DNA of 63,513 nucleotides, counting the filler, from Lenisia limosa (lineage: Eukaryota; Protista; Breviatea): NCBI GenBank assembly GCA_001655205.1. It is 13 parts of 13 records of this genome, joined end to end, with 100 filler letters (N's around TTAATTAATTAA, not from the genome) between each part and the next. Parts side by side here need not be neighbours in the genome. Positions count along the whole stretch, not along the records: positions 56,990 to 62,353 come from LPNZ01002450.1; positions 62,454 to 63,513 come from LPNZ01006253.1; 11 more parts are not named here. The stretch is one strand, 5' to 3'. The notes beneath the pieces were generated by a model, which saw only the letters and a list, made by a program, of their open reading frames with translations, ran no database searches and was not told where the DNA came from. Numbering within the stretch: position 1 is the stretch's first letter; every line of letters starts with the position of its first letter. Shown one piece after another: positions 59,460 through 63,513 of this stretch. The position numbers and the translations under genes are program-made.

Positions 59460-61924
59460 CTGGGGTGGGGTGAAAAAAGAGGGAGAAACGAAAAAAAAAC
59501 CCAAAATCAACTCTGTTGGCTAGGAAAAATGTGAAATTTATGGAGGGGTATGAAAACGTATGAAGTGAATCATCACTTTCGGCAAAAGATTTCAAACACA
59601 AAACAAAGTCCTGAGATTAAAAAACCCAAAATATCAAAATACTTTTCTGTAAAACAAAGTGCCTTAATGTACACTCTAAACAAACTGACACCCCCACCGT
59701 TGTGGGTTCACAGGACTCATTCACCATCCGAATATAATCGAAAGAGAGTTATTTCCACTTTGTCACAAATCCAAACAAACAAAAAGCCAAGCCATGAACA
59801 AACAAAAGGAACAACAGGGTGACAACTCTCACCAAGTTTATTTGCCCCCAAGCTAGGAATTTAATGTAAACAAGTGTATTTGTCCCACGCTTGGGTTATT
59901 AATAAATACACGTCTATCATAGAGTTACTATTTTTATAGAGAAATATATATTCAACTTTACTCTTTCTACTTCTAGATATAACCCCAAAAACGCCAAAAC
60001 AACCCGCTGACAGAAAGAGTTTTTGGAAGGTTCTCTTCAGCAGAGAAAAAGTTTAGGGTCAACAGAGGAGTGATCTGAGAGTGTAAAAGGAAAGATAGTT
60101 CTCAAGGGAGGGATGGCTCACTATGGACTAAAGTCGTGTGGAATCGCCGTGACGCCTTTGTATTAGCCTTGATTAGACCAGCAAGAGGGGAAAGGCGGAT
60201 GTTGCTTCTTCTTTCTCAACAAATCTCTCTCTTCCCACCTCTTTTTTCTATATAATTATATTAAATATAACTTTAAGTACCTCTAAATCTCAAAATCTAT
60301 AACGACCTTGACTGCCTTGACATTGAAATAAACACTAAAAGTGATCTTATATGATCTATTTCAACCTCCAACACTAAACACTTTGCCAGACTCTACCAGG
60401 ACAATCCTGCATTGATCCTGCATCAATCAACTGTCAATCAATTACTATGCTACTCATAAACTCACACGTCATGCCCAACGGAAAGACCAATGTGAATGTC
60501 ACCAAAATGCACGCCAAATTACACTGGTCAACAACCAACAATATGCTCACCGCAGTAGAACTCCGCCTTAAGAACAGCGGTATAACATTGTAAACGTTGG
60601 GCAGACCCACCAATTATACTTATGAAGGGGTAGAGAGTGGTCCAAGCCAAGATCATTATGTTTAGCTTTCTTAGGATCCTTTGAGGAGGAAGTCAACTCA
60701 TCAAATGGTCATCTTTCTTCTTCCTTGTTCGGCTGTCTTTACCGACAGCTTGGAGTCTCTAAATATGTAAGATAACTAAATCTCACACGAGTTGATATGA
60801 GGTCAATTTTCACCTGTTGGCTTTGCGGGTAAGATCATTAATATTATTGAGTTTACACATGTGAAACCCATAAGGTGACAATTATGTAGAAACAAAAAAA
60901 ACGGGTGTGTTTTTGTCTGGTAGTATTTCGTTGGTTATCCAATGAAACCTCATCGTATTAAAATTATAAGGGAAATATGCATAAGACAATTGTTTCCGTG
61001 AAGATAATCTAAAAAAAACAACAATCATATGTGTACTATCACTTTTCAAGCAGTGATACGATACCTCATACAATATCTACTCTGTTGGAACCATCATTGA
61101 TATCATGTTATCTCCGATAATCATTTCGGTCATATAATCATTCACAACCGAACAGGTTCACAGCATGGGATAGAGCTTGTTCAAAGTGTGACCATGTCAC
61201 CTATTCGTATGTGTCAAATTATTTTCAATAAAACGGCCCTCCAACCATCAGTCCACCAAATAACGTCAGTGACACCTTTGTCACCTCCTGAACATGGTGT
61301 GAAAGTACTCAAAAGTGATCGCAGACGGTCTTTTTCCGCGCTATCGAATCCAGGGGTGCCTTCAAGAACAGCTTCCATCATATACAAGAGCGACTTCTCC
61401 TGATAAACTCTGGAGCCGGGTTTTTTCAACAAAGGGCACAAGCCTGGATAATCAGCTATCATTTATCAACTATAATTGGTACTCAAAAATGCCTGACAAG
61501 TTAAGGAATTTTCTCAAGCAAGTTATGATGTTAGCAGTATGAAAAATACTTGGATAAAACACAATATTCCATGTTTGTTTGTTTGTTTACCAAATTTGAC
61601 CCAGGTAATACACAGAAAACTCGGCAGTACTAGTTGTCTCGGATACCAGATCGGATCTGTCACTCATAACATTCTCCCATTTACATTTTCCTATTACCTC
61701 CTAACAATTGTTAAAGGACAATTTATCTCCAATCAACAAGCACTGGTAGACTTGCGGAAACACATCTGATGGGTATTAGAAATCTGATGGGTATTAGAAA
61801 TCCACTTCAATCTTGTTATAGAGCTAGCTTTTTTACATATCATACAATGAAATAATATATGATATGCATGTAACGTAATCAACTCATATTCAGCTCTATC
61901 TGAACCACCACCCAAAGTAATCAA

Positions 61925-62075
61925 ACAATAATAGCTTGGCAGACTATCATAAATGTTAGATTACAATAATAGCTTGGCAGATTATCATAAATGTTATTAC
62001 AATAACTTGGCAGATTATCATAAATGTTATTACAATAATAACTTGGCAGATTTTCATAAATGTTAGATTGCAATT
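61925..62075. repeat. Tandem ~33-38 bp minisatellite ACAATAATAGCTTGGCAGATTATCATAAATGTTA(GA)TT x4
   Basis: Visible directly; no spacers between units. Confidence 0.85.
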
Positions 62076-62859
62076 GGCAAATCCAACAGAAATAAGGGAA
62101 ATGTCCTTTATGCTTATTCAGTCTCACCAAAAATGATGTTCTGGGCAGAGTCAATTTTGCCTTGCCATTCCTCCTTGGATATGACCTAAAAAGTTTTTTA
62201 TCTTGAAAAAGGTCAAAAGAACACCGTAACATATATCATATATATATATATATCTATATATATAAATCCCCGTCCTTTTAGGTAAACCGGTGCTTTTTGG
62301 TTTAACGAGTAAAAATATAGAATTTTTTAAAAAAGAGCAAAATAATCAAAATTNNNNNNNNNNNNNNNNNNNNNNNNNNNNNNNNNNNNNNNNNNNNTTA
62401 ATTAATTAANNNNNNNNNNNNNNNNNNNNNNNNNNNNNNNNNNNNNNNNNNNNGAAAATAGATTAAACATGATATTTAGAGCTTCCCTACGGTCCGAAAA
62501 GACCGTTTAAATATCGATATTTTTCGAAGATTTATCGAGCAATTCAGTCTTTTTTGGGACCATAAGGAAGCCCTAATGATATGATAGAACTTGGGATTCT
62601 TAAAAAAAAAGTTGGAATTACATGGGAATCCCATGGAGTAATTTGAGGGATTTCCAAATAATATATGGGAATTCCAAGTCGAAGCGTTGTAGTGCACCCT
62701 AACGTTAGAAGTAACCCTTCTAACCGTCGTGAGTTGATGGCCGCATTTGATCAGCAACTACCGACATTTCAGATCTGAGGGGTTGTTAATATTATATCAT
62801 ATATTTTAATGGAGATATCGATATGTTGAGTAAAATGCCCAACAAGAGTAGAATATATG

Positions 62860-63214
62860 TATGTTGAAGTTCAAAGCTGTGTAAACCAACAACAAAACCC
62901 TAACCAACATGGGATACGGTGGCGTGGAGGCTCGGGAGGACGCCACGGAAGTGATCTGCGACACTGCGGGTGCGGGTATAACCAATGTGTCGGCCTCAAT
63001 TTCGTCTTGATTGATGAAAGCTATTTATATAACACATATTTATCAATATGATCTTGATTGATATATTGCAATGCCCCCCCCCCCTCTCACCCCTAGGAGT
63101 AGGAGCTGTGACTTCAGACAACACAACGTCTTCCCTAGTTTTCGAGACAACTTCAAGGGGTAAACGTGGGACCGTTTCTTCTTGCTTTGGTGATGCGGTA
63201 CTTGGAGGCTCCAT
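62860..63214 (-). CDS. 5' exons of a hypothetical protein (3'-truncated)
   Basis: MEPPSTASPKQEETVPRLPLEVV...APTP|gtgagagggg then CCCGCAG|VSQITSVASSRASTPPYPML|gttagg. Confidence 0.35.
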
Positions 63215-63513
63215 TATAGCTTCTGGGAAATGAGCGTCTTGTTTTGAGAGGTTTTCGAGAGTTAAGAATATAAAATGTGAGGAAATAAAGAACGACCCTC
63301 CTTAATCAATAGCCCTCCTTAATCAAAGATCTCTTTTTAGCGTGATGGTAAGGAAGACTTCAGCCAGATTCTACAGTCCAATGTCTCTTTAAAATACAAC
63401 CTTGTATTTCTCATTTCTATATTTTATTATAACTATCATATACCTAAATGTATATTGCTCACCACCTCACCCCCTCACGTGAGCCTATTGCCAGGCTATC
63501 AATAGCAGTTCTT

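Noticed and set aside
61925-62075. CRISPR-like array
   Set aside because: Units are contiguous with no unique spacers, there are no cas genes, and the context is eukaryotic; a minisatellite.

Overview
Intron-rich nuclear DNA from a flagellated microbial eukaryote, not a prokaryote. The window is 13 separate assembly segments joined by twelve artificial 100-nt linkers (N44-TTAATTAATTAA-N44), so gene order across linkers is not meaningful. Many further N gaps sit next to G/C homopolymers and repeats. Genes recognised by manual splicing: a DNAH1-like inner-arm dynein fragment, a C2-domain protein, phospholipase B-like, an ankyrin-repeat protein, an SLC43-like MFS transporter, a bacterial-looking SAM methyltransferase, eIF2-beta, a plant/protist-type TyrRS with an N-terminal WHEP-like domain, tRNA-Ile(AAT), a CEP104 N-domain protein, ARP4/BAF53, a UBXN1-like protein and a decayed, intron-containing pogo-type DDE transposase. 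The most notable signal is in the introns. A ~100-150 nt repeat (family A) ends at the AG acceptor, in sense orientation, in unrelated genes. A second repeat (family B, with a C-UUCG-G hairpin) starts at or near GT donors. One 380-nt intron has B at its 5' end and A at its 3' end, suggesting an introner-like, splice-site-carrying mobile element. At least five TIR-type MITE families are also present. Exon boundaries were inferred by eye without RNA data, and protein names come from recalled family motifs, not database searches.
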